Source: Vulcanimicrobiota bacterium (GTDB lineage Bacteria; Vulcanimicrobiota; Vulcanimicrobiia; Vulcanimicrobiales; Vulcanimicrobiaceae). From it: a stretch of 64,000 nt of DNA. This document shows, piece after piece, positions 10,823-20,496 of this stretch; the first letter of the stretch is position 1, and every line of letters begins with the position of its first letter. A model generated the notes under the pieces. The model did not search any database. It worked only from the letters and a program-made list of their open reading frames with translations, and was not told the DNA's origin. The position numbers and the translations under genes were made by a program. The stretch covers positions 160,001 through 224,000 of the forward strand of contig CAVRQT010000003.1 in assembly GCA_963723515.1 (NCBI GenBank), read 5' to 3'.

Positions 10823-12091
10823 GTGGGCGCGTTCGAGCCGATTTTGATGAAAGGCATCGGCGAAGCGAACTTGCGCGACATCAACGTGTATCGTGAGCGC
10901 GGCGGTTATCGTCAGCTCGAACGCGCCTTCAAAGAGTTCACGCCGGCACAATTGCTCGACATGGCAAAGAGCTCGGGACTGCGCGGCCGTGGCGGCGCCG
11001 GTTTCCCGACCGGAACGAAGTGGGGTTTTCTCCCTGGAAGCGATGCACCGCGTTATCTCGTCTGCAACTGCGACGAAGCGGAGCCCGGGACGTTCAAGGA
11101 TCGCATGCTGCTCGAGGAAGCACCGCATTTGGTTCTCGAGGGCATCTTGATCGGCGCGTATGCGATCGGCTGCCGTCACGCATTCATCTACATCCGCGGT
11201 GAATTCAAAGACGGATACGAGATTATGCGTCAGGCCGTTGAAGGCGCTCGCACCGCAGGCTTCATCGGGCGCGACCTTTTCGGCAGCGGATACGACCTCG
11301 AGTTTACGATCCACCGCGGCGCGGGCGCGTACATTTGCGGCGAAGAAACAGCACTGCTCAATTCGCTGGAGGGCAAACGCGGTGAGCCGCGTCTCAAGCC
11401 GCCGTTTCCGGCGACGCAAGGCCTCTACAGCATGCCGACCGTCGTCAACAACGTGGAGACGCTGGCGTATCTCGTTCCGATCATGGAGCGTGGCGCGCAG
11501 TGGTTTGCGAGCGTCGGCTCCGAGAAATCGAAGGGATTCAAAATCGTCTCCGTCAGCGGGCATGTTCGCAACCCCGGCAACTACGAAGTGCCGATGGGCA
11601 CGCCGGTGCGTCAGATCATCGAGCTTGCGGGCGGCGTTCGCGAAGGACGAAAGATCGTTGCGGTGCAGCCCGGCGGCGGCTCATCCGCATGCATCTTCGA
11701 AGAAGACTTCGACTTACCGTACGACTACGAGTCGATGCAGAAGGCCGGCTCGATGCTCGGTTCGGGTGCAATGGTGATCTTCGACGACACGACTGATTTC
11801 GTCGAGGCCGCCCACTCGCTCGTGCGATTTTTTGCGCATGAATCGTGCGGACAATGCACGCCGTGTCGCGAAGGCGGACATTGGCTGGAGCTGACGTTAG
11901 AACGCCTCGTGCATAACCGCGGCGTTCCCGGCGACGTCGAGATCTTGGAAAAAGCATCGCACCAAATGACCGGGCTCAACCTTTGTCCGCTCGGCGATTC
12001 GATCGAGCCGTTTTTGGCTTCCGTCGTCAAACGGTTCCCGGAGCAATTCAATGCGCGCGTTCTAAAATTGGATGGCGCGAAGCGTGGCTGA
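10823..12091 (+). CDS. nuoF: NADH-quinone oxidoreductase subunit F
   Basis: GLRGRGGAGFPTG, GAGAYICGEETAL, ESCGQCTPCREG. Confidence 0.96.
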   Translation: MGAFEPILMKGIGEANLRDINVYRERGGYRQLERAFKEFTPAQLLDMAKSSGLRGRGGAGFPTGTKWGFLPGSDAPRYLVCNCDEAEPGTFKDRMLLEEAPHLVLEGILIGAYAIGCRHAFIYIRGEFKDGYEIMRQAVEGARTAGFIGRDLFGSGYDLEFTIHRGAGAYICGEETALLNSLEGKRGEPRLKPPFPATQGLYSMPTVVNNVETLAYLVPIMERGAQWFASVGSEKSKGFKIVSVSGHVRNPGNYEVPMGTPVRQIIELAGGVREGRKIVAVQPGGGSSACIFEEDFDLPYDYESMQKAGSMLGSGAMVIFDDTTDFVEAAHSLVRFFAHESCGQCTPCREGGHWLELTLERLVHNRGVPGDVEILEKASHQMTGLNLCPLGDSIEPFLASVVKRFPEQFNARVLKLDGAKRG

Positions 12092-14371
12092 TCAAAGCCC
12101 GGGCGTAACCCTCACAATCGACGGCATTCAGCTCAGCGTTCCGAAGAACACGCTGCTCGTTGAGGCAGCCAAGACGGTCCGCAACGAGATTCCGGTCTAC
12201 TGTTACCATACCAAGCTCGGCCCCGCCGGGCTCTGCCGCATCTGTCTTGTCGAGATCGAAGGGACGCCGAAGCTGCAGATTGCGTGCAATACGCGCGTCA
12301 CGGAGGGGATGGTCGTCCATACGCGCTCGCCGCGCGTCAACGACGGACGCCGTGCCGTCCTGGAATTCTTCTTGTTGAATCATCCGCTCGATTGTCCGAT
12401 TTGCGATAAAGGCGGAGAATGCGATCTGCAAGACTTTTCGATGGCCTACGGTCAAGGCCAATCGCGCCTTGCCGATCCGAAAGCGAGCAAACCAAAAGCC
12501 GTCGATCTCGGTCCGACGATCGTCTTGGATGAGGAGCGTTGCATCGTCTGCCAGCGTTGCGTCCGCTTCGACGACGTCATCACGGGCGAGAAATCGCTCG
12601 TCGTCAAAGGGCGCGGCCATCGCGACATCATTGCCACGGCGACGGAAGAACCGTACCACTCCAACTTTAGCGGCAACGTAACCGAGCTCTGTCCCGTCGG
12701 AGCCCTGACTTCAAAGACGTATCGTTTCCGGTCGCGGCCGTGGGACTTGCAGCGGACGAAAACGACCTGCACGCAATGCAGCGTCGGCTGCCAGATGCAT
12801 GTGGACGTTCGTGAAGGCGCGGTGCTGCGCACGATGTCCGTACCGGACGACGACCGGATTTCGGACGGCTGGCTCTGCGACCGCGGCCGCTACAATATCG
12901 GTTTCTACGACGACCCGCGCCGTCTGAATTCGCCTATATATAAGGAAGGCGGAGATTGGGTGCGGCTCGGGTGGGACGATGCGATCGAGCGTTGGGCCTC
13001 CGCGATCAAGGATGCGTTGGCAACTGCCGGCCCGCAATCGATCGGTGTCCTGGGCGGAGGCCGCCTTCTGAACGAAGAGGCCTATGCGCTCCAGCATCTC
13101 TTCCGGAAGCTCGGCATTGCCAACCTCGACTGGCGCGCCGGACGGCAACGGCAGGCGACGCCCGGTCACGAGAGCGGAACGCCGGCCGGCCTCGAGGCCG
13201 CGCAAGCGATCGTCGTTCTCGGGCAATCAGCGGCAGAAACGGCGCCGGTTTTGGATCTGCGGATTCGCAAAGCGGTCATGCATCACGGCGCGACCTGCGT
13301 CGCGATCGATATGCGAGATCCCGCGCCGCCCTATGACTGTCGCGCCGTTGCAACGATTCGGGAAGCAATTGCGGCGGTGCCGCAAGGCGCGCAGCGGATT
13401 GCCGTCGTGTGGGACGGCGTCGATGCGACGGCGGCGCGCGATTTGCTCGCTGGACTGCAAGGCCGCGGCGCGATTCAAACGTTCATTGCCGGAGAGCAGC
13501 CCAATGCGCGCGGCGCTGAAGCGGCCGGCATGCATCCGGCGCTTGGGCCGGCCTACGACGTGCTCTCCAACGCGGGCCGTGACTTTGCAGGCATGATTGA
13601 AGATGCGCGCACCGGCAAATTGCACGTCCTCTGCATTCTCGGCGCGAATCCGGCGCTGCACTTTCCCGACGGCCAAGCGATGCGCGAGGCGCTCGAACGC
13701 GTCCCATTCGTTGCGGTCTCGGAGCTCTTCATGACGCAAACCGCCAGCGCCGCAAATCTCGATCTTGCCGGCCGCCGCGCCATTTGAAAAAACCGGCACG
13801 ACGCTCAATGCATGCGGGGACTTATTGCCGGTGAACGCGGCACGCCAAGCGTTCACGGGAACGCACAGCGATTTGGAAATGATTGCGGGGCTCGCGCAAG
13901 CGCTCGGCGTCGAGATGCCGGCGCTCGATGAAGTGCAGGAGCGCGTGCTCGATTGTGCGGCAGCCAAAGGCAACTTCTCGCTCGGAGATACGCGGCTCTG
14001 TGGCACGCAGCAATCATCGAAAACCGCGCGCCGATCGACTCCAAGTTGCGGTTCAGTCGCGGATCTTCGCAGGCGGTGGAACGGCTGCGCACGACACGTG
14101 GATCGAGGAGTTGCGTCCGCTGCCTGAAGCCGCCGTCTCGCCGGCTGTTGCGCGGCGCTTGAGCATCCAAACCGGTGATTGCATCGATCTGCAAGGTACA
14201 AGCTCGACGATGCACGATCTCCTCGTCGAGGTGCGGCCGAACTTACCGGACGGCGTTGTGGCGGTCATCGACGGTTTGCCGGACGATCCGGCAAACCGCT
14301 TGGGCGACGAGGCATCCGTCTGCGTCGTCAACATTCGCCGCAGCCGCGAACTGGCAGGCGCAGCGTCCTGA
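12084..14371 (+). CDS. nuoG: NADH-quinone oxidoreductase subunit G (frameshifts near 13765 and 14000-14040)
   Basis: CYH...CRICLVE, NHPLDCPICDKGGECDLQD, CIVCQRC, CTQCSVGC (N7-type cluster); molybdopterin-oxidoreductase-like C-terminus continues in other frames. Confidence 0.92.
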
Positions 14372-15351
14372 TGCCGCTCTGGCTGCTCGTCTTGATCAAG
14401 TCGGCGCTCTTGCTTTTCGTCGTCATCACGACGTTCGCGTACGCGATGCTGTTCGAGCGCAAGATCATGGGCTGGATGCAGTTGCGTCCGGGGCCGAATC
14501 GCGTCGGACCGTGGGGTTTACTGCAGCCCGCGGCCGATGCAGTGAAGATGTTGTTCAAGGAAGATCTGACGCCGAGCACGGCGGATCCGTTGATCTACAA
14601 GTTCGCGCCGTTCATCTCGCTCGTTTCCGCCTTTGGCGCCTACGCGATCATTCCGTTCAGCGAGCCGTCGCCCGGCGCGCTGTGGTCGATAGCGAACATC
14701 AACGCCGGCATTCTTTTCATCTTTGCGTTGACGGCGATCGGCGTCTACGGCGTCTCTTTGGGCGGCTGGGCGTCCGGTTCGAAATATCCGCTCCTCGGCG
14801 CGATTCGGGGGACGGCGCAGATGATCAGCTACGAGCTAGCGATGACGATGTCGGTCATCGGCGTCTTGATTCTCGCCGGAACGACGTCGCTCGCCGGCAT
14901 CGTACACGCGCAAAATCGGATCTGGTTCGTCATTCCGCAGATTGTCGGTTTCGCTATCTACTTCATGACAGCTGTTGCAGAGACGAATCGCGCGCCATTC
15001 GATCTCGTCGAGGCGGACGCTGAACTTGTAGCGGGCTTTCATACCGAGTACTCCGGCTTGCGTTTCGGTCTCTTTTTCATCGCTGAATACGTGAACATGC
15101 TGACCGTCTCGTGCATCGCGACGCTGCTCTTCTTCGGCGGCTGGAATCCGCTCTTCGGGGGGACTATCATCCCCGGAATCGTCTGGTTTATCCTGAAGGT
15201 CGTCTTCTTTCTCTTCTGTTACATCTGGCTGCGCGCGACGCTGCCGCGTTTCCGCTACGACCGGTTGATGGCGTTCGGCTGGAAGGTGCTCTTGCCGGTT
15301 GCAACGCTCAACTTAATTGTGACCGCCGTGGTCGTGGCGGTTAAGGGATAA
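14371..15351 (+). CDS. nuoH: NADH-quinone oxidoreductase subunit H
   Basis: ERKIMGWMQLRPGPNRVGP, ETNRAPFDLVEA, TLPRFRYD. Confidence 0.96.
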   Translation: MPLWLLVLIKSALLLFVVITTFAYAMLFERKIMGWMQLRPGPNRVGPWGLLQPAADAVKMLFKEDLTPSTADPLIYKFAPFISLVSAFGAYAIIPFSEPSPGALWSIANINAGILFIFALTAIGVYGVSLGGWASGSKYPLLGAIRGTAQMISYELAMTMSVIGVLILAGTTSLAGIVHAQNRIWFVIPQIVGFAIYFMTAVAETNRAPFDLVEADAELVAGFHTEYSGLRFGLFFIAEYVNMLTVSCIATLLFFGGWNPLFGGTIIPGIVWFILKVVFFLFCYIWLRATLPRFRYDRLMAFGWKVLLPVATLNLIVTAVVVAVKG

Positions 15352-15353
15352 AT

Positions 15354-15983
15354 ATGCAGAGCAAGGCGACAAACGGCCGCACGCGGATGCGCAAACACCT
15401 CTACAACGTCGGCGCGCTCTTCCGCGGATTTGCAACGGTCTTCAGCTTCATGTTCATGCGCAAGCCGACGATCGGCTATCCGAGCATCAAGAAGCAGCAT
15501 GCGCCCCGATTTCATGGGCTTCACGAACTGCGCCGTTACGCGGACGGCAAAGAGCGATGCATCGGTTGTGAGCTCTGCGCGATTGCCTGCCCCGCCAATG
15601 CGATCACCGTTATCGGCGCCGAGAATCGGCCTGACGATCGCCGTTCACCCGGCGAGCGGTATGCAGCGCGCTATGAGATCGATGAGTTGCGCTGCATCTT
15701 CTGCGGCATGTGCGAAGAGGCGTGTCCGACCGACGCGATCGTGCTCACGCCGCGCTTTGAGATGTCCGATTACCGGCGCGGTTCGTTCATTTACGCGAAA
15801 GACCGGTTGCTCGTACCGCCGCAAGCCGGCGTCGGAACGTCGCCCGACGAGCGTCCCGGCGGGATCCCGGCGGATCTCGGAGAGGTCGCCGAAATCAAAT
15901 CAACCGTCGATATCGAGCGCGGCTACGATGCAACCTATCGCGGTCAGATCCTCAAGACGCAGCGCCGGGGCTTAGCGGATTGA
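15354..15983 (+). CDS. nuoI: NADH-quinone oxidoreductase subunit I
   Basis: Two CxxCxxCxxxCP motifs (CIGCELCAIACP, CIFCGMCEEACP). Confidence 0.95.
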   Translation: MQSKATNGRTRMRKHLYNVGALFRGFATVFSFMFMRKPTIGYPSIKKQHAPRFHGLHELRRYADGKERCIGCELCAIACPANAITVIGAENRPDDRRSPGERYAARYEIDELRCIFCGMCEEACPTDAIVLTPRFEMSDYRRGSFIYAKDRLLVPPQAGVGTSPDERPGGIPADLGEVAEIKSTVDIERGYDATYRGQILKTQRRGLAD

Positions 15984-16588
15984 CGCTCTTTTGGATCCTC
16001 GGCATCTTGCTCGTCGCAAGTGCCGTCTTTGTGATCAGCCAGCGCAAGCCGGTATACAGCGTCGTTGGGCTGCTCGTACACTTTGCCGTGCTGGCTGTTT
16101 TCTATCTCACGCTGAATGCGGAATTTCTCGCGGTCATTCAAATCGTGATCTATTCCGGTGCGATTCTGATTCTGTTCGTCTTCGTGATCGCGCTGCTTTC
16201 GAGCGGCGTTTCGGCATTTTCCGTCGGGCCGAACCGCATGCCGAAAGCTGCCGTTCCGGCAGGCGTGCTCGCCTTCGTTGCACTCGCCTTCGTCGTCTAT
16301 GGGATCTTGCGCATGCCGCTCGTCGCCGCCGGCGCGCGTGCCGTGACAACCTCGATTCCGGGAGCCGTCGGCGCGCCGAATGTCTTCGGCAGCGTTGCAG
16401 ATTTCGGACGAGCGCTCTTCACGACGCATTTGCTGCCTTTTGAGATCACGGCTTTCATTCTGATGGTGGCCGTCATCGGCGTCGTCGCTCTCGCCGGTGA
16501 GCAAACGCCGTTCGTCCCATCGTTGCGGCGCGCCCGTGCGGTCGAACGTGAGATGCGCGAAGCGCTCTTGCGCGGCGGCGAGCAGTGA
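15980..16588 (+). CDS. nuoJ: NADH-quinone oxidoreductase subunit J
   Basis: LNAEFLAVIQIVIYSGAI, LLPFEI. Confidence 0.93.
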   Translation: MTLFWILGILLVASAVFVISQRKPVYSVVGLLVHFAVLAVFYLTLNAEFLAVIQIVIYSGAILILFVFVIALLSSGVSAFSVGPNRMPKAAVPAGVLAFVALAFVVYGILRMPLVAAGARAVTTSIPGAVGAPNVFGSVADFGRALFTTHLLPFEITAFILMVAVIGVVALAGEQTPFVPSLRRARAVEREMREALLRGGEQ

Positions 16589-16905
16589 ACGAAGCGGCGC
16601 TGCCGGTCGCGATCGTCAACTACATCGCGCTTTCGGCGGTCATTCTGTTCATTGGCGCGGCAGGCGTCATGCTGCGACGCAACCCGCTGATCATGCTGAT
16701 GTCGATCGAACTGATGTGGAATGCCGCAAACCTGCTCTTCCTCGCCTTCGCGCGCGCATGGCTCAACAACGCCGGACACATCTTCGCGTTCATCGTCATT
16801 ACGGTCGCCGCGGCGGAGGCCGCGATCGGCTTGGCGATTGTGGTCGTCGTCTTTCGATCGTCGCGCACGGTTGACGTCGACGAAGTGACGAGCTTGAGGG
16901 GTTGA
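16585..16905 (+). CDS. nuoK: NADH-quinone oxidoreductase subunit K
   Basis: LMSIELM, VAAAEAAIGLAI. Confidence 0.95.
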   Translation: MNEAALPVAIVNYIALSAVILFIGAAGVMLRRNPLIMLMSIELMWNAANLLFLAFARAWLNNAGHIFAFIVITVAAAEAAIGLAIVVVVFRSSRTVDVDEVTSLRG

Positions 16906-17106
16906 TGCATCAGATACGCCCTGTCACGCTGAGCCTGTCGAAGCGCCACCGTTATCGCGGCATTAAAGTAGCGCCTTTAGACGTGATCCAGGATAGGCTA
17001 GCCAGATTTGCACGACCCTTCGATGCTTCGACACTTCGACATGCTCAGTGCAGGCTGCCGCTCAGCACAGGCGTTCTCAGGGTGACACACCGCTGATGCA
17101 TCAGAT
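16903..17106. mobile_element. 191-bp non-autonomous REPIN/MITE-like insertion with 13-bp target-site duplication and nested palindromic repeats
   Basis: TGATGCATCAGAT at 16903-16915 and 17094-17106; inverted repeat units at 16921-16945 and 17016-17087. Confidence 0.8.
16905..17096 (+). other. 63-codon bridging mini-ORF created by the insertion (MHQIRPVTLSLSK...)
   Basis: Its ATG overlaps the nuoK TGA and its TGA overlaps the nuoL ATG; open across the whole insertion; translation unproven. Confidence 0.5.
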
Positions 17107-19087
17107 TGGCGTTGCCGGAACCTATCCGCTGCTGTATTTGATTTGGCTCTTGCCGCTCGCCGGTGCGATTGTGTGCTGGGCGTTTGGCCCGCAGCTGCGC
17201 ACGCTGGCCGGTTCGCTCGGCAGTGCGGCAATCGGCGCTGCGTTTCTTGCGACGATTCTCTCCTGGGGGAGCGCGATGCAGCGCAGCGGCGGACTGCTCG
17301 GCGCACATCAGCATATCGGCTCCTGGTTCCGCGGCTTCGATTTCGGGCTGCTGCTCGATCCGCTCTCGCTCATTTGGGCGCTAATCATCACGGGCGTCGG
17401 GTTCGTCATTCACCTCTACTCGATCGGCTATATGAGCGGCGATCGTGCGTACGCGCGCTTCTTCGGTTACATGAATTTCTTCGTCTTCGCGATGCTGACG
17501 CTCGTGCTCGCGGACAACTTTGTGCTTTTGCTCGTCGGCTGGGGCCTCGTTGGTTTGGCTTCGTACTTCTTGATCGGATTCTGGTTCGAACGGCCGACGG
17601 CCGTCGCCGCGGCGCGCAAGGCGTTCGTCATCAATGTTGTCGGCGATGTCGCCATGCTCTTCGCAATCTTCATTATCTTTGCAAAGGTGGGCTCGATTTC
17701 GTATGCCGACGTCTTTGCAAATCCAACAGTGCTTGGATCGTCATTATTGCTCGTTTGCATCTGCCTCTTCATCGGCGCGGCGGCGAAATCGGCGCAAGTA
17801 CCGCTGCACACATGGTTGCCCGACGCGATGGAGGGTCCGACGCCGGTTTCCGCATTGATTCACGCGGCGACGATGGTCACCGCCGGCGTCTATCTCGTCG
17901 CCCGGTGCTGGCCGCTTTGGAATGCCTCACATGATGCGCAGACGATTGCCGGCACGATCGGCGCATTGACGGCGCTGATCGGGGCGGTTCTCGGAACGTC
18001 CCAGTGGGATATCAAGCGAATTTTGGCCTATTCGACGATGTCGCAGATCGGCTACATGATCATGGGCGTCGGCGTCGGTGCATATGAAGGCGGCGTCGCA
18101 CATTTCTTTACGCACGCATTTTTCAAGGCGCAGCTTTTCTTGGCGGCGGGGCTCGTCATTCACGCGCTTGCAAACGAGCAAGACGTGCGATTGATGGGCG
18201 GTTTACGCAAACGCATGCCGCTGGCGTTCTGGGCCATGGTGGTCGGCGTCTTGGCGATCTGCGGCGTTCCGGGACTCTCGGGCTTTTTCAGCAAGGACGC
18301 GGTCATCTTCGGAGCGCTCGAGCACGGCCATCCGTGGCTCTATGCGATCGGCATCGTTACCGCGGGCATCACGGCATACTACATGTTCCGGATGCTCTTT
18401 CTGACGTTTTTCGGCGAGTATCGGGGCGAGATGAGGCCGGACGAACTCGGCATTCCGTCCGAGGAAGCGCAAGCGATTACCGCCCTTCGAGAGCCTCAGG
18501 ACGCACATGAGCCGGCGCACGAAGAAGAACATGCGCCGGCGTGGGTGATGAACGCGCCGGTTGCGGTGCTCATCATCCCGTCAATCATTGCGGGCTGGCT
18601 GCTCGTCGGCGGCGAGAGCTCGCCGTGGCACCGGTTCTTCGCGGGGCAATTTCAAACCGTGACCGGCCCGACACCGGTCAGCGAGCTCGTGACGTCGCTG
18701 CTCGTGCTGCTTTTCGTTTTGGCCGGCGTCGCGGTCGCCTATCTGCGTTATGCTGCTGCGCCGGCACTGGCCAACGCGCCGGCGCGCTTGCAACGCGAAT
18801 CGCTTCGCATGCCGGCCGCACTCACGCAGCTGCTGTATTTTGATACCGCGATCGATATACTGTTCGTCAAACCGGCCATCGGTTTAGGGGTGATCTTCGG
18901 CCGTGCATTCGATCCGCACGTTATCGACGGCGCGGTGCGTGAGGCGGTAATTTCCGCCCGCTGGCTCGGGCATCTCTTTCGTAGCTTTCAAACGGGACTC
19001 GTTCGTGCGTACGCAGTGATCATGATCTTCGGCGCGGCATGCTTCATCGCGTATTATGCCTTTGCACGCGGGCTCGTGATGCGCTGA
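17096..19087 (+). CDS. nuoL: NADH-quinone oxidoreductase subunit L
   Basis: KSAQVPLHTWLPDAMEGPTPVSALIHAATMV, HFFTHAFFKA. Confidence 0.96.
   Translation: MHQIGVAGTYPLLYLIWLLPLAGAIVCWAFGPQLRTLAGSLGSAAIGAAFLATILSWGSAMQRSGGLLGAHQHIGSWFRGFDFGLLLDPLSLIWALIITGVGFVIHLYSIGYMSGDRAYARFFGYMNFFVFAMLTLVLADNFVLLLVGWGLVGLASYFLIGFWFERPTAVAAARKAFVINVVGDVAMLFAIFIIFAKVGSISYADVFANPTVLGSSLLLVCICLFIGAAAKSAQVPLHTWLPDAMEGPTPVSALIHAATMVTAGVYLVARCWPLWNASHDAQTIAGTIGALTALIGAVLGTSQWDIKRILAYSTMSQIGYMIMGVGVGAYEGGVAHFFTHAFFKAQLFLAAGLVIHALANEQDVRLMGGLRKRMPLAFWAMVVGVLAICGVPGLSGFFSKDAVIFGALEHGHPWLYAIGIVTAGITAYYMFRMLFLTFFGEYRGEMRPDELGIPSEEAQAITALREPQDAHEPAHEEEHAPAWVMNAPVAVLIIPSIIAGWLLVGGESSPWHRFFAGQFQTVTGPTPVSELVTSLLVLLFVLAGVAVAYLRYAAAPALANAPARLQRESLRMPAALTQLLYFDTAIDILFVKPAIGLGVIFGRAFDPHVIDGAVREAVISARWLGHLFRSFQTGLVRAYAVIMIFGAACFIAYYAFARGLVMR
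18481..18504 (+). repeat. Degenerate palindromic micro-element inside nuoL
   Basis: CGCCCTTCGAGAGCCTCAGGACGC fits the CCTTCGA-N4-CTCAGG pattern. Confidence 0.55.
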
Positions 19088-20496
19088 TGGTTATCTCGCT
19101 CGTCCTTCTGCCGCTCGTCGCCGGCTTTGCGCTGTTCTTGCTGCCGCGCGAAGACCGCAGAGTCAGCAAAGCGACCGGCTGCATCATTGCAGCGGCGACG
19201 TTCGTCTTGGCGCTGGCGAGCAGCGATCGAACGCAGACCGCGCGCTGGCTCTCGCGTCCATTTACGGCGGCCTTCCATTTTTCGAACGACGGCATCGGGC
19301 ACTGGATCGTGTTGTTGCTCGCCTTGGCGACGTTTTGCGCGATTCTGGCGACGACCGTGCCGCGAATGCGCAGCTTTATCGCGCTGCTGCTGCTGCTCGA
19401 GGGCACGATGATGGGCGTCTTTTTGGCGCGCGATCTGCTGCTCTTTGCGCTCTTCTGGGATGCAATGCTGATGCCGGTCTTCCTGGCACTGATTGGCTGG
19501 GGAGAACATCCCGCGACGGCGTGGCGCTATTTGATCTACAACTTTGCCGGCGGCCTGACGCTGCTCTTGGCGACCGCTGCTTACGGCGTGATCGCCGGCT
19601 CGACGGACGTCATCGGCAAGACGAACGTGGCGCACATCGGCTACGTGTGGGCGGCGTGGATCCTCGCTGGATTCGCATTTGCATTCTTGGTAAAGACGCC
19701 GGTGTGGCCGTTTCACACGTGGATGCCCGCAACGTACGCCGACACGCCGGCGCCGATGATCGCCGTCGTGAGTGGCGTGCAGTCGAAAGCCGGACTGTAC
19801 GGCTTCATCGTCGTGGGGCTTGCGCTGCTGCCTGAATCGATGCGCGCGGCCACGATTGCGATGTTTTGGCTGGGGTTGATCTCACTGCTGTACGGCGCGT
19901 TGATCGCGCTCGTGCAAACCGACGGCAAACGCATCGTCGCCTATTCGTCGCTATCGCATCTTGGCTTGATCTTGCTGGCGATCTTCAGTTTCAATGCCCT
20001 TGCCTTGCGCGGTGCATTGATCTACATCATCGCGCACGGCCTCTTCAGCGCTGCCCTCTTCCTGATTCTCGGCTATGTTGAGGAACGTGAGGAGACGCGC
20101 TCGCTCCTGCGGCTCGGCGGACTGGGCCGGCGCAATCCGCGTTTGGCGGGCGCGTTCGTGATCGCCGCGCTTGCGGCGCTCGGTTTGCCGGGACTCGCCG
20201 GATTCGCGGGCGAGCTCGTCATTTTGACCGGCCTCTTTGCAGCGGGCAATTTCTGGGTCGCCCTGATCGCGTTGATTCCGATCATCATCGCCTCGGCGTA
20301 CATGCTGCGGCTCTTCCAAGAGATGATGAATGGGCCCGAGGTGGCCGACGTGCCGGTGCGCGCAGACCTGAGTTGGATTGAAGGTCTTGCTGTTGCGCCG
20401 CTGCTCTTAGCGATCGTTTTAATCGGCGTTGATCCGCACGCACTGACGACATTCGATACGGCGCCGTACGCGGCGAGCGTGGCGGTTCAGCAATGA
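19087..20496 (+). CDS. nuoM: NADH-quinone oxidoreductase subunit M
   Basis: VKTPVWPFHTWMP, KRIVAYSSLSHLG, GLPGLAGFAGE. Confidence 0.95.
   Translation: MVISLVLLPLVAGFALFLLPREDRRVSKATGCIIAAATFVLALASSDRTQTARWLSRPFTAAFHFSNDGIGHWIVLLLALATFCAILATTVPRMRSFIALLLLLEGTMMGVFLARDLLLFALFWDAMLMPVFLALIGWGEHPATAWRYLIYNFAGGLTLLLATAAYGVIAGSTDVIGKTNVAHIGYVWAAWILAGFAFAFLVKTPVWPFHTWMPATYADTPAPMIAVVSGVQSKAGLYGFIVVGLALLPESMRAATIAMFWLGLISLLYGALIALVQTDGKRIVAYSSLSHLGLILLAIFSFNALALRGALIYIIAHGLFSAALFLILGYVEEREETRSLLRLGGLGRRNPRLAGAFVIAALAALGLPGLAGFAGELVILTGLFAAGNFWVALIALIPIIIASAYMLRLFQEMMNGPEVADVPVRADLSWIEGLAVAPLLLAIVLIGVDPHALTTFDTAPYAASVAVQQ

Noticed and set aside
13227..14201. Long antisense or alternative-frame ORFs (also 56404-57378, 47357-48214, 39869-40714)
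   Set aside because: Shadow ORFs opposite well-supported genes in GC-rich DNA, with no recognisable motifs.
16921..17087. CRISPR array
   Set aside because: Units are inverted and nested, not regularly spaced direct repeats, and no cas genes are present.
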